64,000 nucleotides of DNA from a bacterium (GTDB taxonomy: Bacteria; UBA8248). Made by a program: the position numbers and the translations under genes. The DNA is taken from contig CBDBEV010000001.1 of the NCBI GenBank assembly GCA_965204535.1, positions 800,001 to 864,000 of the forward strand, read 5' to 3'. Below the pieces are notes generated by a model that ran no database searches, was not told where the DNA came from, and worked only from the letters and a program-made list of their open reading frames with translations. Positions 50,230-58,488 of this stretch are shown in pieces; within the stretch, counting starts at the first letter, position 1, and each line of letters opens with the position of its first letter.

Positions 50230-50531
50230 GTCTTCCTCCACATGGTGATGCGGATACCGATGATTGGATGGGGCGATTATAGCCCAGACAAGGCGTTTCG
50301 TATACGGGGCCGCAGGATGAGCCGGTCGCGGCGGCGGGGGATGGGGGCGCGCCCGAATGCGGGCAGTTGCGGGCAAATGCGCGGGAGGCGAAAAACTTTT
50401 TTTTGGCCTGAATCTTAGTGGGCGGCGCTCAGATTTAATTCATAACCTGCATGATTACAATGGTTTACGAGAACGGTATTTTTCAGGAATTTATCGAATA
50501 ACATCGTGAATTTCTCGAATTTTACGGGAAA

Positions 50532-50550
50532 TATGATTATTTTCATTATC
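50532..50550. promoter_or_regulatory. Fur-box-like site in an AT-rich intergenic tract
   Basis: Minus strand GATAATGAAAATAATCATA, 15/19 match to GATAATGATAATCATTATC. Confidence 0.5.
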
Positions 50551-50790
50551 GCGCCGTCCTGGAACCCATTCTCGTCACTCTTCCCCGCTCCATCGCCGGG
50601 TCCCATGAGAAAGCCTCCTCTCCCTGCGCCTCCATCCGCCGGGGAAAACCACTTCCCCGCGCAGCGCGCAAGATAGCGCAGTCCGCTGTTTCATTGATGA
50701 CGGCAATTGCGGGGAAATGCGGGGCGGTTTCGAGAGGGCGGGGTTTTGAAAACCTTTGTCTGGCCCTCCGCAAACGGCCAACGCCTCTTT

Positions 50791-51554
50791 CCTCACCCTG
50801 AGTAGCCGCCGAAGGTAAAACGTGACTGAGAAAGGAGCGTTTGTATCGAAGGGCGAGGGGCTCGCGTCGTGGCGAGAGGGCATCCTTCGATACGCGGCTT
50901 CGCCGCTACTCAGGATGAGGCGATGTGGTTTTGTTCGTCATTCCGGCGCATGCCGGAATCCAGAGCGGACGGGCATGGAAGATATGTGGGAATAAGGCAA
51001 GCCGGTGTAGGTTGCCTGGTTCCATGAACACTGGTGCTCTCATTGATTCTGGATTCCGGCTTTCGCCGGAATGACGGCCAAAAACGAACCATGGGCGGTC
51101 ACGGGGGCAGGGCGGACACATAGTCAGACATATATGTCTGACCCCTACGGGTTCGTTTCGATTTTCGTGGCTTGTAGGGACAGGTCGCGACCTGTCCTTG
51201 TTATTCTCCTCATCGACCGAAATAAATCGCCGTCATTCCCGCATCGTGGTTCGGTCTCAATGGGTGCAAGGGGGTGTAGGGGTCGCATATATGCGACCCG
51301 CATCGTGGAGGCGAAAGAAAGGGCCGCATATATGCGGCCCCTACACGCGGGTGGTGGCCTTTACAGATTGCCGAAAGCCGGAATGGCGGCCACGGCGAGC
51401 AGGGCGGCCACAGGGGGCCGCCCCTACGGGTTTGTTTCAATACACGCGGTTTCCGTAGTAGGGACAGGCCCCTGTGCCTGTCCGAGGCCCCTGTGCCTGT
51501 CCGAAACCCCCGCGCCTGTCCGAAACCCCCGCGCCTGTCCGAAACCCCCGCGCC
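50791..51554. repeat. REP mosaic array 1
   Basis: CCTCACCCTGAGTAGC/GCTACTCAGGATGAGG element (50791-50920); dRS3-like pair 50936-51076; GTAG-type palindromes at 51123, 51174, 51276, 51320, 51401, 51458; 19-bp tandem 51466-51554. Confidence 0.9.
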
Positions 51555-51712
51555 GCATGTGCTCATTCGATTGCTTATCCCGCGGCATGAAAGCTATGAT
51601 ACCCTCGCCTTCGCGCGTACCCACGCAATCACTGTTTTCCGGTAACGGTTCAGGGTTTCCTGAAAAAGCCCGCCGGATTGTTGAAATTTTACCTTCTTTT
51701 ATGGAGAAAATC

Positions 51713-52621
51713 ATGGAAAAAAGAACACTCGGTCGCACGGGTCTCGAAGTCACGGTCATCGGCTTCGGCGCCATGACCATCGGCGGCGTGTTCGGCCCGG
51801 TGGATGACGCAGAGTCCAACCGCGCCCTGCACGCGGCCATCGATTCGGGCATGAACTTCATCGACACCTCGGACGCCTACGGCGCGGGCCACAGCGAGAC
51901 CGTCATCGGCAAGTTCCTGAACGAGCGGGCCGACCGCGCCGACATCCTCATCTTCACCAAGGGCGGGAACGACATGTCGACCGGCCGGCGCAATTTCAAT
52001 CCCGATTACATCGCGGGCTGCCTGGAGGGGAGCCTGAAGCGCCTCGGGATGGACGTTATCGACTACTACCAGCTCCACAACCCGAACGTCGACAACATGG
52101 CGGCCGAGGACAGCTACGCGCTGCTCGAGAAGGCCAAGGACGACGGGAAGATCAGACACTGGGGCGTTTCGATAAACACGGTGGAGGAGTGCAACCTCGC
52201 CGCGGAGCAGGACAAGCCCGCCACCATGCAGATGGAGTACAACGTCATCAGCCAGGAGGCGGCGCCCGCCTTCGCCCGCGCGCGCGCGGCGGACGTCGGC
52301 GTGATTTCCCGCGTGCCGCTCAAGCGGGGCTTTCTCTCGGGCCGCATCGACGAGGCGTTCGAGTTCGCCGAAGGCGACCGCAGAAAGGGCATCCTCTCGC
52401 CCGAGAACATCCGCAAGTTCCAGGCCCAGCTCGCCCGCACCCGCGAGGTGGCGGAGAATCTCGGGGTTTCGGCGGCCCAGGCGGCCATCCGCTTCTGCGT
52501 CTCGAACGAGAACGTGAGCTGCGTGATTCCGGGCATCCGGACGCCCGAGCAGTCCCGGCAGAACGCCGCCTGCGGCGAACCCCTGCCCGCCGAGGCCGTG
52601 CGGAGGCTGCAGGAGGTCTAG
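51713..52621 (+). CDS. aldo/keto reductase
   Basis: RTLGRTGLEV..IGFG, NFIDTSDAYG.GHSE, SLKRLG.D.ID.YQLH, GKIRHWGVS; GGAG RBS. Confidence 0.94.
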   Translation: MEKRTLGRTGLEVTVIGFGAMTIGGVFGPVDDAESNRALHAAIDSGMNFIDTSDAYGAGHSETVIGKFLNERADRADILIFTKGGNDMSTGRRNFNPDYIAGCLEGSLKRLGMDVIDYYQLHNPNVDNMAAEDSYALLEKAKDDGKIRHWGVSINTVEECNLAAEQDKPATMQMEYNVISQEAAPAFARARAADVGVISRVPLKRGFLSGRIDEAFEFAEGDRRKGILSPENIRKFQAQLARTREVAENLGVSAAQAAIRFCVSNENVSCVIPGIRTPEQSRQNAACGEPLPAEAVRRLQEV

Positions 52622-52661
52622 AAGGCGCGGGGGGTCAAACGCGAGTGAGGCGCGAGGAATT

Positions 52662-53033
52662 GTAGGGACAGGTCGCGACCTGTCCGGGGACCTTGAAAAC
52701 CAACCCCCCCTACCCCCCCTTGACAGGGGGGTATAAAAAGGCGATGCGCCCTCGCCGGGCTGAGGGGGTTTTGCTTTTTCTTGCCCCCCTGTTAAGGGGG
52801 GGTAGGGGGGGTTGCCTTTATCCCTTGAGGAGTGGGTGGAAGAAAAACCCCGATGGGAGTGAATTTCTTCTGCTGAGTCGCGGTTGAGCTTTGCCTTTGT
52901 TCGTCATTCCGGCGTATGCCGGAATCCAGGGACTTTGCTTTTGCATTTGTCTTTTCGCTTTATCGTTTTTCTTGGTTGTCCTGCGATTCGGTGTTCCCGT
53001 CTGCTCTGGATTCCGGCTTTCGCCGGAATGACG
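52662..53033. repeat. REP mosaic array 2
   Basis: GTAGGGACAGGTCGCGACCTGTCC at 52662; poly-C/poly-G inverted pair 52702-52813; dRS3-like pair 52902-53033. Confidence 0.9.
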
Positions 53034-53112
53034 GCAGTGGTCAATGGCGAGCGAGGAGGGGGTTTTCATCAGCCCATAAGGTGCGATTTCATCGTTCAAA
53101 AAGGAGACGAAA

Positions 53113-53514
53113 ATGCCGGTAACGAATTGGGACGAACTGCCTGTGAAGGTGCCGTTCCCGGGGGTGGAAGTGGGCCTCGTGAGCGGGAAGCACTGCATGA
53201 TCAGCTACATCCACGCGAAAGGCGGGAATTCCACCCGCAGGCACCACCACGAGGCGGAGCAGATTTTCTGCCTCATCAGCGGCTCCGCCCGGGTGCAGGC
53301 GGGGGACGACCCGGTGGCGGTGCTGAAGCCGGGCGACGTCTGGTACGTGCCGCCGCACACCGAGCACCAGGCGGACTACCTCGAAGACACGGTGGCCTTC
53401 GAGGCCGCCGGCCCCATCCGCCTGGACAATTTCGCGGGCTACCTGCACGAGGACACGCATTTCGTCGACCAGCGGGACCTCGCGGCGGACATGGAGCGGG
53501 AGCAGGCCGGGTAG
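53113..53514 (+). CDS. cupin-domain protein
   Basis: HHHEAEQ...ISG and LKPGDVWYVPPHTEH cupin motifs; AAGGAG RBS. Confidence 0.9.
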   Translation: MPVTNWDELPVKVPFPGVEVGLVSGKHCMISYIHAKGGNSTRRHHHEAEQIFCLISGSARVQAGDDPVAVLKPGDVWYVPPHTEHQADYLEDTVAFEAAGPIRLDNFAGYLHEDTHFVDQRDLAADMEREQAG

Positions 53515-53522
53515 GGGAGATC

Positions 53523-54045
53523 GTAGGGACAGGTCGCGACCTGTCCCTACAATTGACCCCGGAATGATGACTAAAGGCGAACCATGGACGGCAAAGGGGG
53601 TCAGGGCGGCCACGGGGGGCCGCCCCTACGGGTTCGTTGCGATTGTGTAGGGACAGGCCCCCGTGCCTGTCCGAGGTTGCGACCTGTCCTTGCGTATTTC
53701 CTCATCGCCCGAGATAAACCACCGTCATTCCGGCGAAAGCCGGAATCCAGAGCGGACGGGTATGGAAGAAAAGCTGGAATGAGGCGCTCCGGTGCAAGTG
53801 ACCAGATTCTATGAACTCTGGTTCTCTCATCGGTTCTGGATTCCGGCATTCGCCGGAATGACGAACAAAGCCGAATCGCATCTGTAGCGGACAGGCCCCC
53901 GCGCCTGTCCGAGGCCCCCGTGCCTGTCCTGACGAAGGACAACCACGGGAATGGATGTCTTCTATGCGGGCGGCCACGGGGTCAGACATATATGTCTGAC
54001 CCCTACTGGAAAACCAACCCCCCCCTACCCCCCTGACAAGGGGGG
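53523..54045. repeat. REP mosaic array 3
   Basis: GTAG palindromes at 53523, 53603, 53647, 53884, 53978; dRS3-like pair 53723-53863; poly-C/poly-G half at 54016. Confidence 0.9.
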
Positions 54046-54057
54046 CTGTCCTTTCAA

Positions 54058-54365
54058 GAAAAAAAGGCCGACACCCCGCGAAGGGCCGGCGGAAGGCGGG
54101 AGTTGCTGCGACACAATCCCTGAGGTCCGGGGCCCGGCCGCGTCGGGGGCGCCGGCCTGCATGAAGCGCGAAGTGGGGGCCGCCCGTTGTTCCCCCTCCC
54201 GGTTCGAGGACTCAAACTCATAACCGGGAGCGGTACAGTTTGCTCCATCACGAGGGAAGCAACCAACGGGCAACCCCCTGTTTCTTTCCAGTCAGGGAAG
54301 CGTCTCGTATGCGACACACAATCCACGAGGTATTTGACGTGAGAAGTGAACGAGACGCCTCCCTT
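54058..54365 (-). ncRNA. candidate structured RNA / 3' UTR with three long-range stems, ending in an intrinsic terminator
   Basis: Stems GGGAGGCGTCTCGT/ACGAGACGCTTCCC, GGGGGTTGCCCGTTG/CAACGGGCGGCCCCC and AGGCCGGCGCCCC/GGGGTGTCGGCCT followed by T7; shared loop motif. Confidence 0.45.
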
Positions 54366-54373
54366 GGAGGAAC

Positions 54374-56041
54374 CTACTGTTTACGTGCGCCAAATGCGCC
54401 GACCATTCTACCGCTCGTGCTATACGTCGAATGGAATGTCCCGGTTGCAACTTTCGGAACGGTGTCAGTGCCATTGTCTTTGAGTGCTCCAGACCATTCT
54501 CCGGCAGCGGCAGCGGCTGTACCGCCAATAGTCCAGACTGTCTCGTTTCCGGCAGCGTCGGCTGTACCGTCACTACTGATTGGCCCCGTATCTCCGATGG
54601 TGGACTTTTTCAATTCTACAGACCAATCACGCGACATGCCGTCGGCACCCATGAATTGATCGATAGTGCCCGTGATCATGTCGGTATTGAAATCCGCTTC
54701 AAGCGTCGCCCTCGCGGTGAAGTGTCCAGCGTCGTTCGTTCCGCCAGTAGCACTGTAGAGCGCATACTTGCCCGCAGCGCCGCCCATGTATGTTGCTTTC
54801 CCTGCCAAAGCCGCAATGCCGCTAGCGGCTAGAACATCACCTTTGTCGTCCGCAAAAGCACTCACAACATAGTCTCCATTAGCGGGCTTATGTATCCACC
54901 AGCCGTAGGAAGCGTATTCCGTGTCTCTTGATTCCGTGACTCTGGCATTTGGGTTCGTAGGTTTGAACGTCCAAGTTCCGCCAGTAAGAGTGAAGCTGGA
55001 TGCGCCAGCGACCGTAGATGTGCACGTTTCCCCCGTGGTGGGTGCGCAATAGTAAGTGCCTGATACTCCATGAAACCTACCGGGTATTTCAACCCTAGCT
55101 TGCCGAAGTGGGTTTGGCTCGGGCAATTCAAACTTTTTGGTACCAGCAGTTTGAGTGAATCTGGTGCTAGCGACTCTTCCGGGTACGCCAGTAGCAGTTG
55201 TGTCGATACTAAGTTCGCCCTCTGTTAACTGATATTGAAAAGCACCATCAGCAGTTACAGCAGCGGCAGAGCCGAACTTTTTCCCTTCTGTCGGATCGTC
55301 TACGTTCGAGTAAACCACCGCCTCATACATCCCGCCACCAGTAGGTGAAGCTTTATACTTCTTACCTGCCCAACCGTGATTATCAGGAACTCTTGTATTC
55401 TTGTCTTCCGACAATTCAACAGCATCGGCGGCACCAATCGTTACGTTGATCGCATCGCCATCGTCATTGTAGGCACCTGTTCGGGCACTGGTTGCAGTGC
55501 CAAATGGCGTTGTCCCAATACCCGTATGAAGTTTCATGGCCGTCGCCATCATGGCCTTGTCGGCAGCCGTTTTCGCAGCATCCATCGCGGCCATGCGATT
55601 TTCTTTAGCGGTGGTAAGCTGAGATTCGAGGCCGGTAACCGTTAAAGTGTTCGCGGCTTTCTCTTCTGCCGGGACGTTTTCCGCCGCTGCAATCGCCGCC
55701 TTCGCCGCCATAATCGCCGCATCAGCAGCGCTCACCTGAGCCGGAGTGGATTCGTTGTCCACGGCACCTACCGCAGACTGAGCAGCCGTTATCTTCATCT
55801 TGATGTTGTCACGCTCCATAGCCAATTTCTCGGCTGCCAAATCTGCGGCTGAAGTGCATGACATGTCGTCGTTCCATCGGCCACCGCCAGCCTCACATGA
55901 CTGTTGTGTCACCATCGTATCATCTGTTGTAGCCGTGGAAGAGCCGCCCCCACCACCGCCGCAACCCACCAGCGTCAGCGCGAATACCGCCGCCAGCGCG
56001 AAAGCGTAAAGCTTGTTTATCGGTTTCTCTCTGAACATCAT
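54374..56041 (-). CDS. surface lipoprotein with TbpB-like C-terminal beta-barrel
   Basis: Lipobox LVGC then G7 linker; Ala-rich coiled-coil stalk; YASYGWW, GKATYMGGAAG, LEADF...ITGTI, MVGAFGA; lower GC than flanks. Confidence 0.82.
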   Translation of the reverse strand: MMFREKPINKLYAFALAAVFALTLVGCGGGGGGSSTATTDDTMVTQQSCEAGGGRWNDDMSCTSAADLAAEKLAMERDNIKMKITAAQSAVGAVDNESTPAQVSAADAAIMAAKAAIAAAENVPAEEKAANTLTVTGLESQLTTAKENRMAAMDAAKTAADKAMMATAMKLHTGIGTTPFGTATSARTGAYNDDGDAINVTIGAADAVELSEDKNTRVPDNHGWAGKKYKASPTGGGMYEAVVYSNVDDPTEGKKFGSAAAVTADGAFQYQLTEGELSIDTTATGVPGRVASTRFTQTAGTKKFELPEPNPLRQARVEIPGRFHGVSGTYYCAPTTGETCTSTVAGASSFTLTGGTWTFKPTNPNARVTESRDTEYASYGWWIHKPANGDYVVSAFADDKGDVLAASGIAALAGKATYMGGAAGKYALYSATGGTNDAGHFTARATLEADFNTDMITGTIDQFMGADGMSRDWSVELKKSTIGDTGPISSDGTADAAGNETVWTIGGTAAAAAGEWSGALKDNGTDTVPKVATGTFHSTYSTSGRMVGAFGARKQ

Positions 56042-56304
56042 TTAGTGAGTCCTCCTGAATCAATAGAAAAAGGGATTTTCAGTGAATTTCCGGCTTTCTC
56101 CGATTAACCTCCTTTCGTCAGCTTTTTTTTCGGGCCTTCACAAACCGGTGATTCGTATTTTGGGCCGCCAGAAATACGGCGGATTTGAACCCTTTCATGC
56201 TCCGGGCCGATGGTTCCCCGAGAGGCGGATTCCTGCGGTATATGCCACCGTTCCCGGCCTCCAAAGGCGAGTATCTTTCGCCCACCCCGAACCCGGGCTG
56301 GTGA

Positions 56305-56503
56305 CCGCTAATTATCGTTATCAGCCTCCAGAAGCCCCGTTTTCCGCCGAAAAACCCGTTTCGGGGCGCATTCAGGCCGCAAATAGGCGAAAGATGAGCG
56401 AAAAAAGACGCAAAACGGCGCCCGAAACCCCTCCGGGGACCCCGGAATTGCGCTTGACATGGCCGTGAGAGGTGTTATATTTTCTGATAACGATAATTAT
56501 CGG
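56305..56503. promoter_or_regulatory. candidate invertible promoter segment
   Basis: TAATTATCGTTATCAG (56309-56324) and its exact reverse complement CTGATAACGATAATTA (56484-56499), 19/20 when extended; enclose TTGACA (56454)-16nt-TATATT with an extended-10 TG. Confidence 0.65.
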
Positions 56504-56540
56504 ACTCTAGGAAAGCCGTTTCGGTCGAAATCGACCACCG

Positions 56541-57245
56541 ACGTCATCCCTGCGCGGTTATATATGTCCGACATATGCGGATGACGGCCCTTTATGTATC
56601 GCCGAACCCCGGAATGACGATGGAAAGCCGCACCTGCGGGGGCTGTTGAAAAAGTCCCGATGAACGAGGGTTGCAGGTTTTGTAGGGACAGGTCGCGACC
56701 TGTCCCTACGGATACCTCGCCCCAAAATCAACCCCCCCTACCCCCCCTTGTCAGGGGGGTAAAGGTGATGCTCCCCGGCGAGGGGGGTAACAACCCCTTG
56801 CGGGAAGTTGCCGACAGAGTAGAGAAGAAATTCACTCCCCCCTTTGAGGGGGAGTCAACGAGACAAGGGCGAAGCCCGCAGGCGAGTTGGTGGGGGGACA
56901 TGCCACAGAGTAAACCTCCCCCCACCGATTCAGCCTTCGCACAAAACGCTCGGCTTCATCGACTCCCCCTCAAGGGGGGAGTGAATCCTCTCTGCTGAAT
57001 TGCAAACAAGTCTGAAAGGGGGGTAGGGGGGGGTTGCCTTTATCCCATGTCAAGGGCGGCCACGGGGGGCCGCCCCTACGGGTCGTCTTGATACGCGGGG
57101 GCGTAGGGACAGGCCCCTGTGCCTGTCCGAGGCCCCTGTGCCTGTCCGAGGTCGCGACCTGTCCCTACAGCGATTACGCGCCGCAGTTGCAGGGGTCAGA
57201 CATATATGTCTGACGGCGTGTTCGCCCGAAACCCCTACGGGTTCG
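56541..57245. repeat. REP mosaic array 4 with a nested element
   Basis: GTAG palindromes at 56682, 57053, 57103, 57191; poly-C/poly-G pair 56730/57035 enclosing TTCACTCCCCCC...GGGGGGAGTGAA (56831-56985); degenerate dRS3-like halves at 56541 and 56609. Confidence 0.88.
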
Positions 57246-58488
57246 GCGCGGTGGCCGCCTCCGCCTCAGCCGGATGGATCTCGGCGAAGGAATAATTGCT
57301 GGTCCGGCCATCCGCTTCGAAATCGATGATCTCGGTTTCCCGGATGACCTTCTCGATCATCTCCCGGACGGGCAGGCGCGATTCCAGCCCGCGCAGGTGG
57401 CCCGCGTGCGAGCGGATGGCGGGGTGTTTCGGCACGAACAGCGAGCAGCAGTCCTGGTCGGGCTCGATGGAAATCTCGAACGTGCCGAGCGCTTTCGCCC
57501 CCTCGATGATCTCGTCCTTGTCCATGCCGATCAGGGGCCTCAGGATCGGGGTCTGGGCCGCGTCCTCGATGGCGGCGAGGTTCTGGAGCGTCTGGCTCGC
57601 CACCTGTCCCAGGCTCTCGCCGGTGACCAGGGCGCGGGCGCTCTCGAACCCGGCTATCCGCTCCCCGATGCGCGCCATGAACCGGCGGTAGAGCACGACG
57701 CGGTACTCGGGCCGCGTGGCGAGGACGATCTCCTTTTGCAGGTTGCCGAACGGCACCATGTAGAGCCTGCTCCCCAGCTGGTAGCCGTTCAGCACGCCGG
57801 CGAGGTCTTTCGCCTTATCGGCGGACGCGCGGCTCAAGTAGGGCGCGCCGTGAAAATGGATGAACACCACCTCGCAGCCGCGCTTCATGACCCGCCAGGC
57901 GGCCAGGGGGGAGTCGATGCCGCCCGAGAGGAGCGCGGCCACCCTTCCGAGCGAGCCTGTGGGCAGGCCGCCGGGGCCGGGTATTTTCTCGGCGTACACC
58001 CAGGCTTCCCTCGGGATGGCCTCGACGTGCACCGTGAGGCCGGGGCGATCCAGGTCGACCGGCAGGTGCCTTCTGGCCTGGATCGCGGCGCCGATGGCCC
58101 TGTCCCACTCCCTCGTGCTGACGGGCGTGGCCGGGAAGGATTTGCGGGTGCGCACGCGAAAACTTTCGGTTTTGAGAGGGGCGATCATTTCGAGCGCGAC
58201 TTTCGCCGCCGCCTCGATATCGAGCGGAACGCTTTGCGCCCGGGCGAAGTAGGCCACCCCGAATACTTTCCTGAGGGCCTCCACCAGAGCGTCGGGGTCT
58301 TCCAGGCCGCCCGTTTCCAGAACGAGCCTTCCCGTGCGTTTCCTGACCCTGGCTTCGCAGAATAAAGAGGCCGCGCGCTCGATCCTTTTGGAAAGACGCT
58401 CGATGAAGAGCGGGCGGTTTTTCCCCTTGAGCCCGATCTCATCGTAATGGACCAGGACCGAGAGGTCTTTCGGCTCGCAGGGATTCAC
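57235..58488 (-). CDS. thiI: tRNA 4-thiouridine(8) synthase ThiI (no rhodanese domain)
   Basis: HYDEIGLKGKNR, THUMP region, LLSGGIDSP, TGESLGQVASQT, RPLIGMDK, DQDCC. Confidence 0.95.
   Translation of the reverse strand: MNPCEPKDLSVLVHYDEIGLKGKNRPLFIERLSKRIERAASLFCEARVRKRTGRLVLETGGLEDPDALVEALRKVFGVAYFARAQSVPLDIEAAAKVALEMIAPLKTESFRVRTRKSFPATPVSTREWDRAIGAAIQARRHLPVDLDRPGLTVHVEAIPREAWVYAEKIPGPGGLPTGSLGRVAALLSGGIDSPLAAWRVMKRGCEVVFIHFHGAPYLSRASADKAKDLAGVLNGYQLGSRLYMVPFGNLQKEIVLATRPEYRVVLYRRFMARIGERIAGFESARALVTGESLGQVASQTLQNLAAIEDAAQTPILRPLIGMDKDEIIEGAKALGTFEISIEPDQDCCSLFVPKHPAIRSHAGHLRGLESRLPVREMIEKVIRETEIIDFEADGRTSNYSFAEIHPAEAEAATAPNP

Noticed and set aside
51071-51712. Long N-terminal extension of the aldo/keto reductase in the ORF track
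   Set aside because: It is translated REP sequence; the true start with RBS is at 51713.
56476-56510. Chromosomal dif site
   Set aside because: It has the TAA-N6-TTAT layout, but the arm TTATCAGAAAA departs from the conserved XerD arm TTATGTTAAAT, and it occurs as an inverted pair.
56640-56658. GGGCTGTTGAAAAAGTCCC resembling an IS terminal repeat
   Set aside because: Only one copy, no partner end and no transposase; at most a relic.
50791-57245. CRISPR array interpretation of the repeated palindromes
   Set aside because: Repeats belong to several families, occur in inverted pairs with irregular spacing, and there are no cas genes.
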